Shown here one piece after another: positions 29,383 to 40,024 of a stretch of DNA of 64,000 nucleotides (its first letter is position 1; every line of letters starts with the position of its first letter). The position numbers and the translations under genes were made by a program. The notes under the pieces are model-generated. The model was not told the origin of the DNA, ran no database searches, and worked only from the letters and a program-made list of their open reading frames with translations. The stretch is from an uncultured bacterium. Its GTDB lineage: Bacteria; Verrucomicrobiota; Verrucomicrobiia; Limisphaerales; UBA8199. The stretch lies in contig CAVVMW010000028.1 of NCBI GenBank assembly GCA_963749495.1, positions 1-64,000 of the forward strand. The letters are read 5' to 3'.

Positions 29383-29393
29383 ACAAACGGCTC

Positions 29394-29461
29394 TTACTAT
29401 TAAATCTTTAGTAGCTGAAAATAGATCCAGCCGCGCCGCCTGTCAACTATTTTCTTAGTAC
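29394..29461. promoter_or_regulatory. Candidate BlaI operator/promoter region
   Basis: Two A(C/T)TA-N6-TAGT imperfect palindromes flanking a minus-strand TTGACA. Confidence 0.4.
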
Positions 29462-29588
29462 AAAGTGAAGTTCGCGCGCACGCCCCATTTTTTAGAGCGC
29501 CCCTGCCGCCTGAAGGCGGCGTTCCGGTTGGCTGCGGAACGCCGCCTTCAGGCGGCAGCGAAGAATTCTGTCGTGCGCCCGTGGGGTG

Positions 29589-31427
29589 CTATTCCGGGTT
29601 GGCACTGAGCCAGTCGCGGATGGCGTCGGCCTGGCTCAAGCCCGGTTCCAGTCGCAACACTCTCAAGTAGTGCTGGCGGGCCTTGGCGGGCTGGCGCAAT
29701 TGCTGGGCGTAGAGGTTGGCCAGGGCCAGGTGGGCGCGGGCGTCGGCGGGATGGGCGCCCAACAATTTGTCGAGTTCGTTGACCGCGTCGGCCAGGTAAT
29801 TGGCCTGCTTGAGAACCAGGGCGAAATTGTAGCGGGCATCGGCTGAACGGGGGTCGATGGCCAGGGCGTGCTCGTAGGCGGCCAGGGCGGCTGGCCAATT
29901 GCGCGCCTCGGTTGCCGCCAGGCCGAGGTTGTATTGGGCCGCAAAAAAGGCGGGGTCCAAGCGCGCGGCCAGGGTATAGGCCTGCACTGCCTCGGCGGGC
30001 CGATCGGCGGCCTGGGCCTGGAGGCCCTGCTCGAAGGCGCGCAGGGCCTGGGCGCGGTCGCCCGGCGCAGGTTTGCGGGGAGAAAGGTAGGCATAACGAC
30101 GGGCGGCGGCCCGGCCTGAGGGCGCGGGGGCCTTGGGAATGGCGGCAGTTGCGATCGGCGGCAAATCCCGCGCCGGTCTGGGAGCCGGTTCCGGCGTCCT
30201 GGAGGCCCGTTCAGCCGTCGCCGAGGACGGAGCCGCGCCGGTCGAGGCCGGGCCCGGTTTTGGGGCGGGGATGGCCGCGGCGCGGGCAACGTTGGTGGAG
30301 GGCGCCGGGCTTGGAGGCGTGAGCGCGCGGGCGGCGTTCGGGCCGGCGTTGGTGTGCGCAACCCGTGGCGGCGGTGGCGGATTGTTCGTTTCCGCCAGGC
30401 TATTTGCAGGCGCCCGAGCCGCAGCGGGATTGAGCTCCTCGTCGAGTTGGCGTGAGACGGCGCCCACGGCCTCGGCGTTGGGCGGCGCGGGCTTGAGGGC
30501 CAGATACTCATGGTACTTCTGCGAGGCGAACTGGCGGTCGCGCAGATATTGGTGCGAGACGATAGCCAGGTCGAGCAACGCGGGGCCGTAATGCGGTTGG
30601 GCCTTCAAGGCGCTGGCAAAGAACGCGGCGGCATCCGAGGGGTGCCCGCGCTGCGCCCGAACCAGGCCCAGTCCGTTGAGCGCCTCGGCGTTTTGCGGAC
30701 TCAATCGCAGGGCCTGACTGAAGCTCCTCTCCGCCCCGGCCGGGTCGCGCAGGCGCAACTGGGCCACCCCGAGTTCGACCAGGGCCTCGACCCAATTGCC
30801 GCGGCGCAGGGTGCAGGTGGTCAACTCGGACCTGGCCGCCTCGAGGTTGTTCTGCTCCAGCCACAGGCAGCCCAGATTGTAGTGCGCCTCGGTCAGGTCC
30901 CGGTTGCACTGGAGGGCGTGCTGGTAGGCCCGATGGGCCTCCTCGGCCTGGCCCGAGTAATGGCAGGCCAGACCCAGGTAATTCCAGGCGACAGCGTTGG
31001 TCTTGAGCAGTGCCGTGGCCGTGGCGGTTTTCAACTCCTCGACCGCCTGCTTGGGGCGGCCCTGTTCGAGGAGCCGTTTGCCCTCCAGCAGCGCGCGCGG
31101 CCCCGCCGGCGTGCAACCGGCCAGCAATGATAAGAGCGCAATCCAGAACGCCAAAGAGCGCCACGCAATGCCGCCAGCCTCGGATGCGGCTATTCCCGTC
31201 CCGGCCGGTTGACCCAGGGCGCATCCCGACACCGCCCCCACCGCCCGGGGCCGAACCGGAGTGCGCCCGTCCCCGGGCGCAGCGGCGTCCAGACCCAGGC
31301 CAGCGGTCAAACCCTCCAGCGCGCCTGACCGCTCCATCGCTGCTGCGCCCGGGGACGGGCGCACTCCGGGGGCACTGTCAGCATGCGCCTGTCGAACCAG
31401 CGGAGGTTCCTTTTTGATGGTCACCAT
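29589..31427 (-). CDS. TPR-repeat lipoprotein
   Basis: Lipobox-like LLAGC; many AWNYLG/AHYNLG TPR units; Pro/Ala-rich linker. Confidence 0.85.
   Translation of the reverse strand: MVTIKKEPPLVRQAHADSAPGVRPSPGAAAMERSGALEGLTAGLGLDAAAPGDGRTPVRPRAVGAVSGCALGQPAGTGIAASEAGGIAWRSLAFWIALLSLLAGCTPAGPRALLEGKRLLEQGRPKQAVEELKTATATALLKTNAVAWNYLGLACHYSGQAEEAHRAYQHALQCNRDLTEAHYNLGCLWLEQNNLEAARSELTTCTLRRGNWVEALVELGVAQLRLRDPAGAERSFSQALRLSPQNAEALNGLGLVRAQRGHPSDAAAFFASALKAQPHYGPALLDLAIVSHQYLRDRQFASQKYHEYLALKPAPPNAEAVGAVSRQLDEELNPAAARAPANSLAETNNPPPPPRVAHTNAGPNAARALTPPSPAPSTNVARAAAIPAPKPGPASTGAAPSSATAERASRTPEPAPRPARDLPPIATAAIPKAPAPSGRAAARRYAYLSPRKPAPGDRAQALRAFEQGLQAQAADRPAEAVQAYTLAARLDPAFFAAQYNLGLAATEARNWPAALAAYEHALAIDPRSADARYNFALVLKQANYLADAVNELDKLLGAHPADARAHLALANLYAQQLRQPAKARQHYLRVLRLEPGLSQADAIRDWLSANPE
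31256..31369. repeat. Palindromic REP-like element in the 5' part of the TPR ORF
   Basis: 28-bp perfect inverted arms ccggagtgcgcccgtccccgggcgcagc. Confidence 0.85.
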
Positions 31428-31511
31428 CACGCGTGGTGGTAACATCTCAGGCTGAACGTGTCAAGAAACGCACCCTTGGAAGGAAACACTACAGGCACAA
31501 CAGGAGTGAAA

Positions 31512-32567
31512 GTGCCCGGACGCGCCCGTGCCCCGCTGGTGTCGGCGCTGGCGCTGGCGCTGATGCTCGTGCGCGCCGCGACCTCTTCCGCCCACGCGGC
31601 GGAGCTGCCCTCGTCCCAGGAGCGGCCGGCCCTGGTCGTGGCCGTGCGAGACCCCGAGGCGACCCAGGCCTTCGAGGCGCGCGGGGACAGGGTCCGGGCC
31701 ATGGTGGATCGGGCGATAACCAACCTCACCGGCAAGCCGAGCGTGGAGGCGGCCTGGCTCAGCCTGGTGCGGACGCAGGACGTAGTTGGCATCAAGGTCT
31801 ATTCGCTGCCCGGGCCGACTGTCGGCACACGGCCCTCGGTGGCGGCGGCGGTGGTCGAGGGCTTGCTGGCCGCCGGCCTGCCTCCCGGGCAGATTATCAT
31901 CTGGGACCGCCAGGCCGCCGACCTGCGCCAGGCCGGCTTCTTCGAGCTGGCCCGGCGCTACGGCATCCGCGTCGAGGGCAGCGCCGACGCCGGTTATGAT
32001 GAAAGCACGGAGCCTTACGACAAGCCCTGGCCGGGGAGGCTGGTTTGGGGCGACCTGGAATTCGGCCTGAACACCAACGGGATCGGCCGCAAATCGTATG
32101 TCTCCAAGCTGCTCAGCCGGCGGATCACCAAGATCATCAATATCAGCCCCATGCTCAACCACAACCTGGCCGGCGTCTGCGGCAACCTCTACAGCCTCGC
32201 CTTTGGCAGCGTGGACAATGTCCTGCGCTTCGAATCCGATGCGGAGGTGATGACCGAGGCCATTCCCGAGATTTACGCCAAGGAGGAGATCGGCGACCGC
32301 GTGGTGCTCAGCATCACTGACGGCCTGGTCTGCCAGTACCAAGGCGAGGACCGCGTCCGGCTGCCATACTCGATCGCCCTCAACGAACTGCGCTTCAGCA
32401 CCGACCCCGTCGCGCTGGACGTGCTCTCGCTCGAGGAATTGGACCGGCAGCGCGAGGCCGCCCATCTCCCGGCCATGACGCCTAACCGGAAGATCTACAC
32501 CGTGGCCGGGCTCCTGGGTCTGGGCACCTGCGACTTGAAGCACATCCTTGTCGTGCGCATTCCTTAG
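31512..32567 (+). CDS. DUF362-like protein
   Basis: DVVGIKV, IIIWDR, KIINISP and STDPVALD motifs; signal peptide. Confidence 0.75.
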   Translation: MPGRARAPLVSALALALMLVRAATSSAHAAELPSSQERPALVVAVRDPEATQAFEARGDRVRAMVDRAITNLTGKPSVEAAWLSLVRTQDVVGIKVYSLPGPTVGTRPSVAAAVVEGLLAAGLPPGQIIIWDRQAADLRQAGFFELARRYGIRVEGSADAGYDESTEPYDKPWPGRLVWGDLEFGLNTNGIGRKSYVSKLLSRRITKIINISPMLNHNLAGVCGNLYSLAFGSVDNVLRFESDAEVMTEAIPEIYAKEEIGDRVVLSITDGLVCQYQGEDRVRLPYSIALNELRFSTDPVALDVLSLEELDRQREAAHLPAMTPNRKIYTVAGLLGLGTCDLKHILVVRIP

Positions 32568-32777
32568 CGGCGCTGGCAAGATTAGACCCCGGTTCAGAAG
32601 CAGCCCGACAGGAGGGTCGAGGGTCGAGTGGCCGACGGCAAGCGCCCATCGGAGCGGTCTTCTTGCGGCGATCCTATTCCTCCGTGGCGACCTCTTGCGC
32701 TTGTCGCCCTCGACCCTCGTCCCTCGTCCCTCATGCAGGACTACTTCGCAACCGGGGTCTAATTCTGCAGGCCCCTC

Positions 32778-33542
32778 TCAGCCCATCACCCTCACCCTCC
32801 CCTCCCGGTCCATCCCCGCCACCAGGTGGAGCAGGTTGCGCTGGGCGCAGAAGGCGACATCGTCGCGCAACTCGTCCAACGCCAGCAGCCGCCGGCCGTT
32901 GCGGGATCGGCCGAAGGCGGCGGGCAGGTCCGCTGACTCAGCGGCGAAGAGCCGCAGCGCCATCAGCGCCGAGTCGGCCACGATGCACCGGGCGCGCAGC
33001 GGGGCGAGCAACTCACTCAAAGCCCCGGCCGCCAGGGCGTCCTCGTAAGCCGCCTCGTGGACCGAGCCGCTGCAGACCAGCAGCAGTGGCGCGGCATCCT
33101 CGCGGGCCAGGAAATCGGCCGTGGCGCGCAGGTTGAGCAAACTGCAGATCAGGACCCGTTTTGCCCCCGCGCAGGCCCGCACCGCTCGAGTGCCGTTGGA
33201 AGTGGTCATGACGATGGTTTTTGCCCGGACCTTGCCGGGGGTGAACTCGCGCGGCGAGTTGCCGAGGTCAAAGGCGACACCCTGCGCCAGGCGGGCCGGG
33301 ATACGCACGCCATCCCGTTCGCCGGCCAGGAGCACCGAGGGTTGTTGTTGGCGCAGGCGCAGGGCCTCCGGGATGCTCTGGACCGGGATGACGGCCTGGG
33401 CGCCGTTGCTCAGCGCCACCGCCATGGTGCTGGTGGCGCGCAGCACGTCAAAGACCACACAGGTGGTCCCGCCCAAATCGCGGGCCTTGAGGGCCTCGAA
33501 CTCAGCCGGCGCGAACGTCACTTCAAAAGTCGCTCTGCTCAA
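32778..33542 (-). CDS. comB: 2-phosphosulfolactate phosphatase family protein
   Basis: VVFDVLRATST, LAGERDG, FDLGNSPRE, TTSNGT and EDALAAG motifs. Confidence 0.92.
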   Translation of the reverse strand: MSRATFEVTFAPAEFEALKARDLGGTTCVVFDVLRATSTMAVALSNGAQAVIPVQSIPEALRLRQQQPSVLLAGERDGVRIPARLAQGVAFDLGNSPREFTPGKVRAKTIVMTTSNGTRAVRACAGAKRVLICSLLNLRATADFLAREDAAPLLLVCSGSVHEAAYEDALAAGALSELLAPLRARCIVADSALMALRLFAAESADLPAAFGRSRNGRRLLALDELRDDVAFCAQRNLLHLVAGMDREGRVRVMG

Positions 33543-34396
33543 TGCTTTACCCTCGTGTAGTGAAACAGGTATTGCTGCGCAAATCCCGCATAGGGACCGA
33601 AATGGGTGGCGGCAAACCGTTGCAGCCTCGCCAGCTTAACCCGCCTGCCGGGAAAGTAAAGTTGACGCAGTCCCCTGAGCACCCAGACGTCCAGGGGGAA
33701 TGCGGTTTGAAAGCCATAAGCAAAGAGCAACACGCAATCGGCTATCTTCGGTCCGACGCCCGGCAGGCGCGTCAGTTGGGCGCGGGCTTCCCGGGCCGGC
33801 CCATGGCGCAGCCGGGCGAGATCGATTTGGCCGGCGGCGACTTGCCGGGCTGCGGCCAGGAGGTAAGGCGCCCGGAACCCCATCTTGCACGCGCGCAGCT
33901 CGGCCTCGCCTACACCCGCGAGTTGGGCCGCAGATGGAAAGGTGTGTGCAGGTCCAAAGCCCGGAAGGGCCGGGAGCGGCTCGCCGTAACGTTCGCAAAG
34001 GCGGGCGACGATCTGCCGGATTTGAACGATCTGCTTGGTGGACGAGAGGATGAACGAGGCCAGGCACTCCCAAGGCTCCTGGCGCAAGAGCCGCAGGCCG
34101 CGGCACGCCCCCACCGCCGCCCGCATCGGCTCGTCGTCGGGAAAGCTCCGCAGCACCTGGGCCAAGTCCAGGTCCGTTTGAAGATAGTCCCTCAGCCACT
34201 CCCAATCCGGAACCGGTTTGGCCGTCTGGGCCAGGATCGTGCCTGGCTTGGCGCGCAGGCAAACCCAGTGCCTGCCGATCACCCCAACCCATCCCCGCGC
34301 GCTCCGTTGCCAGCGAAAGGCCTGCCCTGAACTCAACGTGGCGTCCAGGTCGTAATCGGCCGCGGGACAGAGACGAACGTGCGAGGAGCGAGTCAT
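33539..34396 (-). CDS. 8-oxoguanine DNA glycosylase (OGG family)
   Basis: TLSSGQAFRW, LRQEPWECLASFI, HhH LPGVGPKIADC, FPLDVW and AQQYLF motifs. Confidence 0.92.
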   Translation of the reverse strand: MTRSSHVRLCPAADYDLDATLSSGQAFRWQRSARGWVGVIGRHWVCLRAKPGTILAQTAKPVPDWEWLRDYLQTDLDLAQVLRSFPDDEPMRAAVGACRGLRLLRQEPWECLASFILSSTKQIVQIRQIVARLCERYGEPLPALPGFGPAHTFPSAAQLAGVGEAELRACKMGFRAPYLLAAARQVAAGQIDLARLRHGPAREARAQLTRLPGVGPKIADCVLLFAYGFQTAFPLDVWVLRGLRQLYFPGRRVKLARLQRFAATHFGPYAGFAQQYLFHYTRVKH

Positions 34397-34424
34397 GGAG
34401 CCGCGCGTCCCTGTGTTTCAGTCA

Positions 34425-34620
34425 CCGCGTAGCGGTGCCTGATGGTAGCCGTGGACTTCCAGTCCACGGACCCACGGCCAAGGCTCACACGCGTTGCGTA
34501 GCGACTTGAATACAGGGTTGGTTTCAGGCGTTGCTACGCGACGCGCGATCACGGCCACGCGCCGAACCGTGGACCGAGGTCCACGGCTACCTTCACTGCG
34601 TTGCTCCGCGACGCACGGAT
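34425..34620. repeat. REP-like paired palindromes
   Basis: ggtagccgtggacttccagtccacgg ... ccgtggaccgaggtccacggctacc. Confidence 0.6.
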
Positions 34621-34733
34621 AGCGGGGCGCACGTCTGGTTTTCCGTGTGTTCCGTGTATTCCGTGGTTTCCTCATGCTCTGGCAAATCCGTGCTCATCCG
34701 TGTTCATCCGTGGTTGGAGCACGTTCTGCCTGC

Positions 34734-37069
34734 TCATTTGAGTCCCCGGCACTCGAAGATCTGGAGCGGCCTCAGCAGGTAGCGGCCCTGGTAGAGCACC
34801 TTGCGCACGCCGCAGTCGGTCACGGAATCGAACTGGAGGGCCAATTGCGGGGGAATGGGTCTTTGGTCTGGCCGGTCCTTTTCGAGCCGGTCGCGATCGA
34901 ATTCGCGAACGAAGATGGCGTTTTGGCCTTTGCGGCCACCGTAACCGGGCCAGAAGTAGAACTGGTTATCGGGCCTGCCGGCGGTCAGGCAGAAGACCAG
35001 GGGCTGCTCGGGCACGCCGGCCTTGGCCTCTGGCAGATAGAAGGAGAGCACTGCGGCCAGCCCATAGTGGCCGGCAATGATGAAGACCGGTTTGCCATCT
35101 TGAGCCAGGAGGTCCTGCCTGGCCTGGCCGATGACGGCGGCGACGTTGCTCCATTGGCGGACCCGGTGCAAGACATCGAGGTTGACCGGCAGGGGGCGTC
35201 CGGCGAGCTTGCGGACAAAGTCGGTGTTGTGGCCCAGGATGACCAGCGGCAACCCCAGGCCCAGCCCCGCCAGCAGCCAGCCCTTGACGCGGGCCATGCC
35301 CAGGCGCCATTGGGTGTCCCAGTAAATGACCATCAGGCAGAGCAACGGCAGGACGGCCGGCGCTATCCAATTGGGCATCACCCTGGAGTGCAGGGTGTAG
35401 AGCAGATAGACCAGCGCCAGCGGGGCGCCCATGCTGAAGAGATAGACCAGGCGCGGGTTGTGGCGGCCCCGGCGCCAGAACACGATGGCCGTCCAGACCA
35501 ACCCGGCGAAGAAGATCGGATTGAGCAGCCCCGCCTCGGCGCCCATGAATTCGCCCAGGAACCTCAGCGTCGGTTTCCACGGCTCGCCTGCTTTGGCATC
35601 GCCGGCCACGTGGGCGACGGTGATCCACTGGTGCTGGGCATTCCAGATGAGCACCGGCAGGGCGCAGAGCAGGTTGAGGGCCAGCGCCAGCCAGGGTCCG
35701 GGCTTGAGCAGATGCTTGCGCGCCGGGCGCCAGAGGGCAAAGAAGACCGCCCAGCAGAGCCATTGAAACAGCGCGGTGTACTTGCTCAGAAATCCCAGGC
35801 CCATCCAGAGCCCCACCCAAAGCCAGTGCCGCGTGCCCCCGTCCGCCTGGACTGCCCGCCAGCCCTCGAGCATCGCCAGAGTCCAGAACAAGACCGAGAG
35901 CGAATCGACGGTCATCAGCACCGACCCCACGGCCATCATCGGCGCGGCGGCCAGGATGAGCAACAGCACGACCCCGGCCCGGGCGTTGACCTCGAGCGCG
36001 AAGAACCGGAGCAGGACCAACCCCAGGAGGCTCGACACCACCGGCGAGAAGAAGCGCACGCCAAATGCATTGTCGCCCCAGAGCGAAGTCCCCAGGAACT
36101 GCGTGTAGGCGATCAGCGGCGGCTTGCTGTAGTAGGACAAGGCCGGGTGCTTGGACCAAAGCCACTGGTACGACTCGTCTTCGCTCAACTGGATGGTCCC
36201 GCTGGCAATGTAAGCCAACCGCGCCAGCAGCAGCGCGGCAATCAACAGATACCCCACTCGCAGCCAGTGCTGGTCCAGGCTGACGTGCGGGGGGCTAAAG
36301 CCGGGGCCGGGCAGACCTTTCCGGGGCGGCGGCACCGGACCTTCCTCTTCATCCTCGGAGGGCGGACAGGGATGCCCGCCCCACAACAGCAACGAGGGCA
36401 ACTTCCGCCACCAGAGCGGAAACCACCTCCGCCCCGCCCATCCCCACAACCCGTCCAGCGACCACACCACGGCCGCGCCGCAACCGGCTCCCAGGATTGC
36501 CCCGGCCAGAACGTCGCTCGGATAATGGACTCCGTTATAGACCCGTGAAAAACTCACCAGGACCGCCAGCGGCAACATGAACCAGAGGCTGCGCCGATAA
36601 TAGATGAGGGCGACCATGGCTGCCGCAAACCAGTTGGCGGCGTGGGACGAGGGCATGCTTCCCAGATTGGCCGAGGCGGAGGCGGGTGGCGCGGTGGGTT
36701 GCGGGGTGTGGTCCCGCACACCGGGAGGGTGCGCCTCCTGCGGGACCGAAGGCGCAGGCGGGGGGGCCTGCGCTACGCCGGGGCGATGGACCCACGGAAG
36801 GACCGCAAAGGGCCGCGGGCGCTCCAGGGCGTGCTTGAGGTTGCGGCACACCAAACCGTCGGTGACCCCGACGGCCAACAGGAGCATCGCCAGGCAAACC
36901 ACGCCACGCACCCGCCCCTTCCAAACCAGCCCGATGGCCAGGAGGAATGCGCAGGGAAAAAGAAACGGTTGCCGCTGGCCAGGGGCATGAGCCAATCGAA
37001 AAAGGGATTGACCAACCCGAGGTTGATGAATCCAAACAACTCAATATCCAGCGTGTGCAGCCAATGCAT
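34734..37069 (-). CDS. PAP2 phosphatase fused to an ArnT/GT39-like glycosyltransferase (frameshift near 36950)
   Basis: K..RPRP, PSSHA and SRVYNGVHYPSD, followed in frame by DESYQ, YYSKPP and GFLSKY. Confidence 0.85.
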
Positions 37070-37080
37070 CCCGCAGACAA

Positions 37081-37113
37081 TAAAGGCTAAAGGCTGAAGG
37101 CTAAAGGCTAAAG
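37081..37113. repeat. Heptamer tandem repeat (GGCT[A/G]AA)n
   Basis: Also at 39430-39458 and inverted at 41633-41659. Confidence 0.7.
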
Positions 37114-37159
37114 GGCGTGACAAAGGCACCTCGCCCTGTTACCTTCGCCGCACAGAACT

Positions 37160-39421
37160 ATGCGCTCTGATATCATCAAAAAAGGCTTTGAACGCGCGCC
37201 GCACCGTTCGCTGTTGCGCGCCACCGGTTCCATCGAGTCGGAGGCGGACTGGGAGAAACCGTTTGTTGCCATCGTCAATTCCTACACGGATTGCATCCCC
37301 GGGCACGCGCACCTGAACGAGGTGGGGATGCTGGTCAAGCGCCTGGTCCGCGCGGCGGGCGGGGTGCCCTTTATCTTCAACACGATCGGGGTGGATGACG
37401 GCATCGCCATGGGCCACAGCGGGATGAAGTATTCGCTGCCGTCGCGCGAGTTGATTGCCGACTGCGTCGAGACGATGGTGCAGGCGCATTGTTTCGACGG
37501 GATGCTCTGCATACCGAACTGCGACAAGATCGTGCCGGGGATGCTGATGGCGGCGATGCGGGTGAACATCCCGGCAGTGTTTGTGAGCGGGGGGCCGATG
37601 GCGGCCGGGATCGCCCGCCAGGCCGAAGGCGAGGCGCCGGCCCACTTGCGGCCGGCGGCGCAGAAGAGCGACCTGATCTCGGTGTTCAAAGGGGTGGCGG
37701 AGTTGCAAAGCGGCCAGATTTCGGCCGAAGACCTGCAGAGACTCGAGCAGAGCGCCTGCCCGACGTGCGGTTCGTGCTCCGGGATGTTCACGGCCAATTC
37801 GATGAACTGCCTTTGCGAGGCCCTCGGGATGGCCTTGCCCGGCAACGGGACCATCCTGGCGGTCTCCAAGGAGCGCGAGGCGCTCTACGAACGCGCGGCG
37901 CGGGCCATTGTCAAGCTGATCGAGGCGGACCTCAAACCGCGCGACATCGCGACGGCCGAGGCCTTCGACAACGCCATCGCGCTGGACGTGGCCATGGGCG
38001 GCTCGACCAACACAGTCCTCCACACGCTGGCCATCGCGCGCGAGGCGGGCATTGCCTACGAGATCAAGCGCATCGATGCCATCTCCAGGCGCGTGCCTTG
38101 TCTCTGCAAGGTGTCCCCTTCTTCCAATTACCATGTCCAGGACGTTCACCGGGCGGGGGGCATCCACACCATCCTGGGCGAACTCAAGCGGCTCGGCGCT
38201 CTGACCCTCTCCTGCAAGACCGTCACCGGCAAGACCCTGGGCGAGAACATCGACGAATGGGACATCCGCTCGGACCAGTGCACGGCCTGGGCCAGGGCGG
38301 CCCGAGTCTCCGGTTGCTCGGCCCTGGTGCTGGACCCCAACGATAAGCTGGGCCCGGCCGCCCGGACGCCCAGCGGCAACCTGGCGCCCAAGCCGATGAT
38401 GTTCTTCCCCGGCGACCTGCGCGCCATCACCCTTTGGCGCCTGGCCGCCGCCTTCAACGCCGCCGATGCCGCGACCGCCGCCGCCTTGTTTTGCGACGAC
38501 GCCCAATTCCAGGTGGACGAGAACCTGACCTGGAAGGGCGCCGCGGCCATCGAAGCCGGGCTGAAAGAGGAGTTTGCCCAATGGGGCGGCCTGGTCCGCG
38601 CCGAGTTGGGCAGCCTCAAGCAGACCCCGGTGCTCGTCCTCTGGCAATACACCAAGACCGGCCAGAAGAGCATCGCCTGCCTGGTCCGGACCGGCCGTTT
38701 GCGCAACTGGCAGATTGCCAGGGCCTACCACGAACGCCGCCCGACCCAACTCCGGAAGACACAGCCCAGCGGCCTGATGCCCTACGACCCCGTGTTCCTG
38801 TTCGATGCCCAGGATTGTATCCGCACCAAAGCGACCGCCTACTCGGCCGACGGCGGGTTGGCCATCCTGCACGGCCAATTGGCCCCCGAAGGCTGCGTCG
38901 TCAAGACGGCGGGGATCAGCGAGGCCTTCAAGGCCTATTGCGGCCCTGGTTTCGTGTTCGATGGCCCGTGCATCATCTTCGAGAGCCAGGAAGAGGCCTG
39001 CCAAGGCATCCTCGCCGCCAAGGTCAAGCCCGGTGACGTTGTCGTCATCCGCAACGAAGGCCCGCGCGGCGGTCCGGGGATGCAGGAGATGCTCTCGCCG
39101 ACCAGCTACATCGTGGGCATGGGGCTGAGCGACAAGGTGGCCCTGGTCACCGATGGCCGGTTCAGCGGCGGCACCGCCGGGGCGTGCATTGGCCATGTCT
39201 CTCCCGAGGCCGCCGAGGGCGGCCCCATTGGCCTGCTCCGCGACGGCGACCGTTTGCGAATCGATTTCCCCAATCGAACCATTGATAGCCTGGTCCCGGA
39301 GGCCGAACTGGCCGCGCGAAGAGCCGCCTGGCAGCCCGTCAAACGCGAACTGACCGGCTGGCTGGCGCGTTACCGGAAGCTGGTGACCAATGCCAGCCAA
39401 GGGGCGATACTGGGGGGGTAG
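37160..39421 (+). CDS. ilvD: Dihydroxy-acid dehydratase with a large internal insertion
   Basis: [42 protein letters not shown] and TDGRFSG motifs; 753 aa. Confidence 0.95.
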   Translation: MRSDIIKKGFERAPHRSLLRATGSIESEADWEKPFVAIVNSYTDCIPGHAHLNEVGMLVKRLVRAAGGVPFIFNTIGVDDGIAMGHSGMKYSLPSRELIADCVETMVQAHCFDGMLCIPNCDKIVPGMLMAAMRVNIPAVFVSGGPMAAGIARQAEGEAPAHLRPAAQKSDLISVFKGVAELQSGQISAEDLQRLEQSACPTCGSCSGMFTANSMNCLCEALGMALPGNGTILAVSKEREALYERAARAIVKLIEADLKPRDIATAEAFDNAIALDVAMGGSTNTVLHTLAIAREAGIAYEIKRIDAISRRVPCLCKVSPSSNYHVQDVHRAGGIHTILGELKRLGALTLSCKTVTGKTLGENIDEWDIRSDQCTAWARAARVSGCSALVLDPNDKLGPAARTPSGNLAPKPMMFFPGDLRAITLWRLAAAFNAADAATAAALFCDDAQFQVDENLTWKGAAAIEAGLKEEFAQWGGLVRAELGSLKQTPVLVLWQYTKTGQKSIACLVRTGRLRNWQIARAYHERRPTQLRKTQPSGLMPYDPVFLFDAQDCIRTKATAYSADGGLAILHGQLAPEGCVVKTAGISEAFKAYCGPGFVFDGPCIIFESQEEACQGILAAKVKPGDVVVIRNEGPRGGPGMQEMLSPTSYIVGMGLSDKVALVTDGRFSGGTAGACIGHVSPEAAEGGPIGLLRDGDRLRIDFPNRTIDSLVPEAELAARRAAWQPVKRELTGWLARYRKLVTNASQGAILGG

Positions 39422-39620
39422 GGGGACAAGGCTAAAGGCTGAAGGCTAAAGGCTAAAGGACGGACCACGAAAGAACGGGCTTTGGCTCGCGGCCCAAAGG
39501 GCCGGCAGAGCCCAGCCCAGGGCTGAGGCCGCCAGGCCGATGCCCTGGGTACAGGGCCAGCGAAATCAATCGCGCCCTGAGAGGGCGCAAGACTCTGGCG
39601 CCCCTTCAGGGGAATGGCGC

Positions 39621-39971
39621 TTAGTTAGTGCCTAAAACTTTAGCACTGAGGCGCTTGCGTCGATGGGGATGAGGTGCCCTCCGGAAGATGATTATTCGGG
39701 ACAGCCGCTCCATGTCCCGTAACAGCCCTCGCACCTGCCGGTAGCGGTTAACGGCTTGGCGCATCTGCTCGAACTGTTCCTGGGTCAGTGAGACGGTCAC
39801 CGTCTTCTGGGCGACTTTGCGCGTCCATTGGTAGCCGGCACCTCCGCCGGAGCGCCGCGTGCGGTCTTGCACCGAGCCCTGGCTCAGGTAGCCTATTTGG
39901 CCCAAACGGCGCCGCAACTGCTCGTATTGCCGCTGCCAGGAGGCGGTGCCCTTACCCCGATTTTTGTTCAT
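39621..39971 (-). CDS. IS passenger protein (DUF6788-like)
   Basis: 116 aa, basic; GYLSQGSV...YQWTRKVAQKTVTVSL; stop codon lies in the left terminal repeat. Confidence 0.7.
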   Translation of the reverse strand: MNKNRGKGTASWQRQYEQLRRRLGQIGYLSQGSVQDRTRRSGGGAGYQWTRKVAQKTVTVSLTQEQFEQMRQAVNRYRQVRGLLRDMERLSRIIIFRRAPHPHRRKRLSAKVLGTN

Positions 39972-40002
39972 TGGCCTCAATTTTAGCTTGCAAGTCAAGC
40001 CT

Positions 40003-40024
40003 TGTCCAGTATATATACTGGACA
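40003..40024. promoter_or_regulatory. Perfect 22-bp palindrome between the divergent IS genes
   Basis: TGTCCAGTATATATACTGGACA. Confidence 0.6.

Noticed and set aside
38270..38810. ilvD insertion as an intein or intron
   Set aside because: There is no His-Asn C-terminal splice motif, no homing endonuclease motif and no break in the reading frame.
37139..39400. Long antisense ORFs (753 aa opposite ilvD; also 34647-36548, 41695-43452, 49586-51478, 52151-53956, 8627-10132)
   Set aside because: These are shadow ORFs of GC-rich coding strands, with no motifs of their own.
40003..40024. Palindrome as a LexA box
   Set aside because: Its orientation and spacing match neither CTGT-N8-ACAG nor the TGTTC-N4-GAACA motif reported for Verrucomicrobia.
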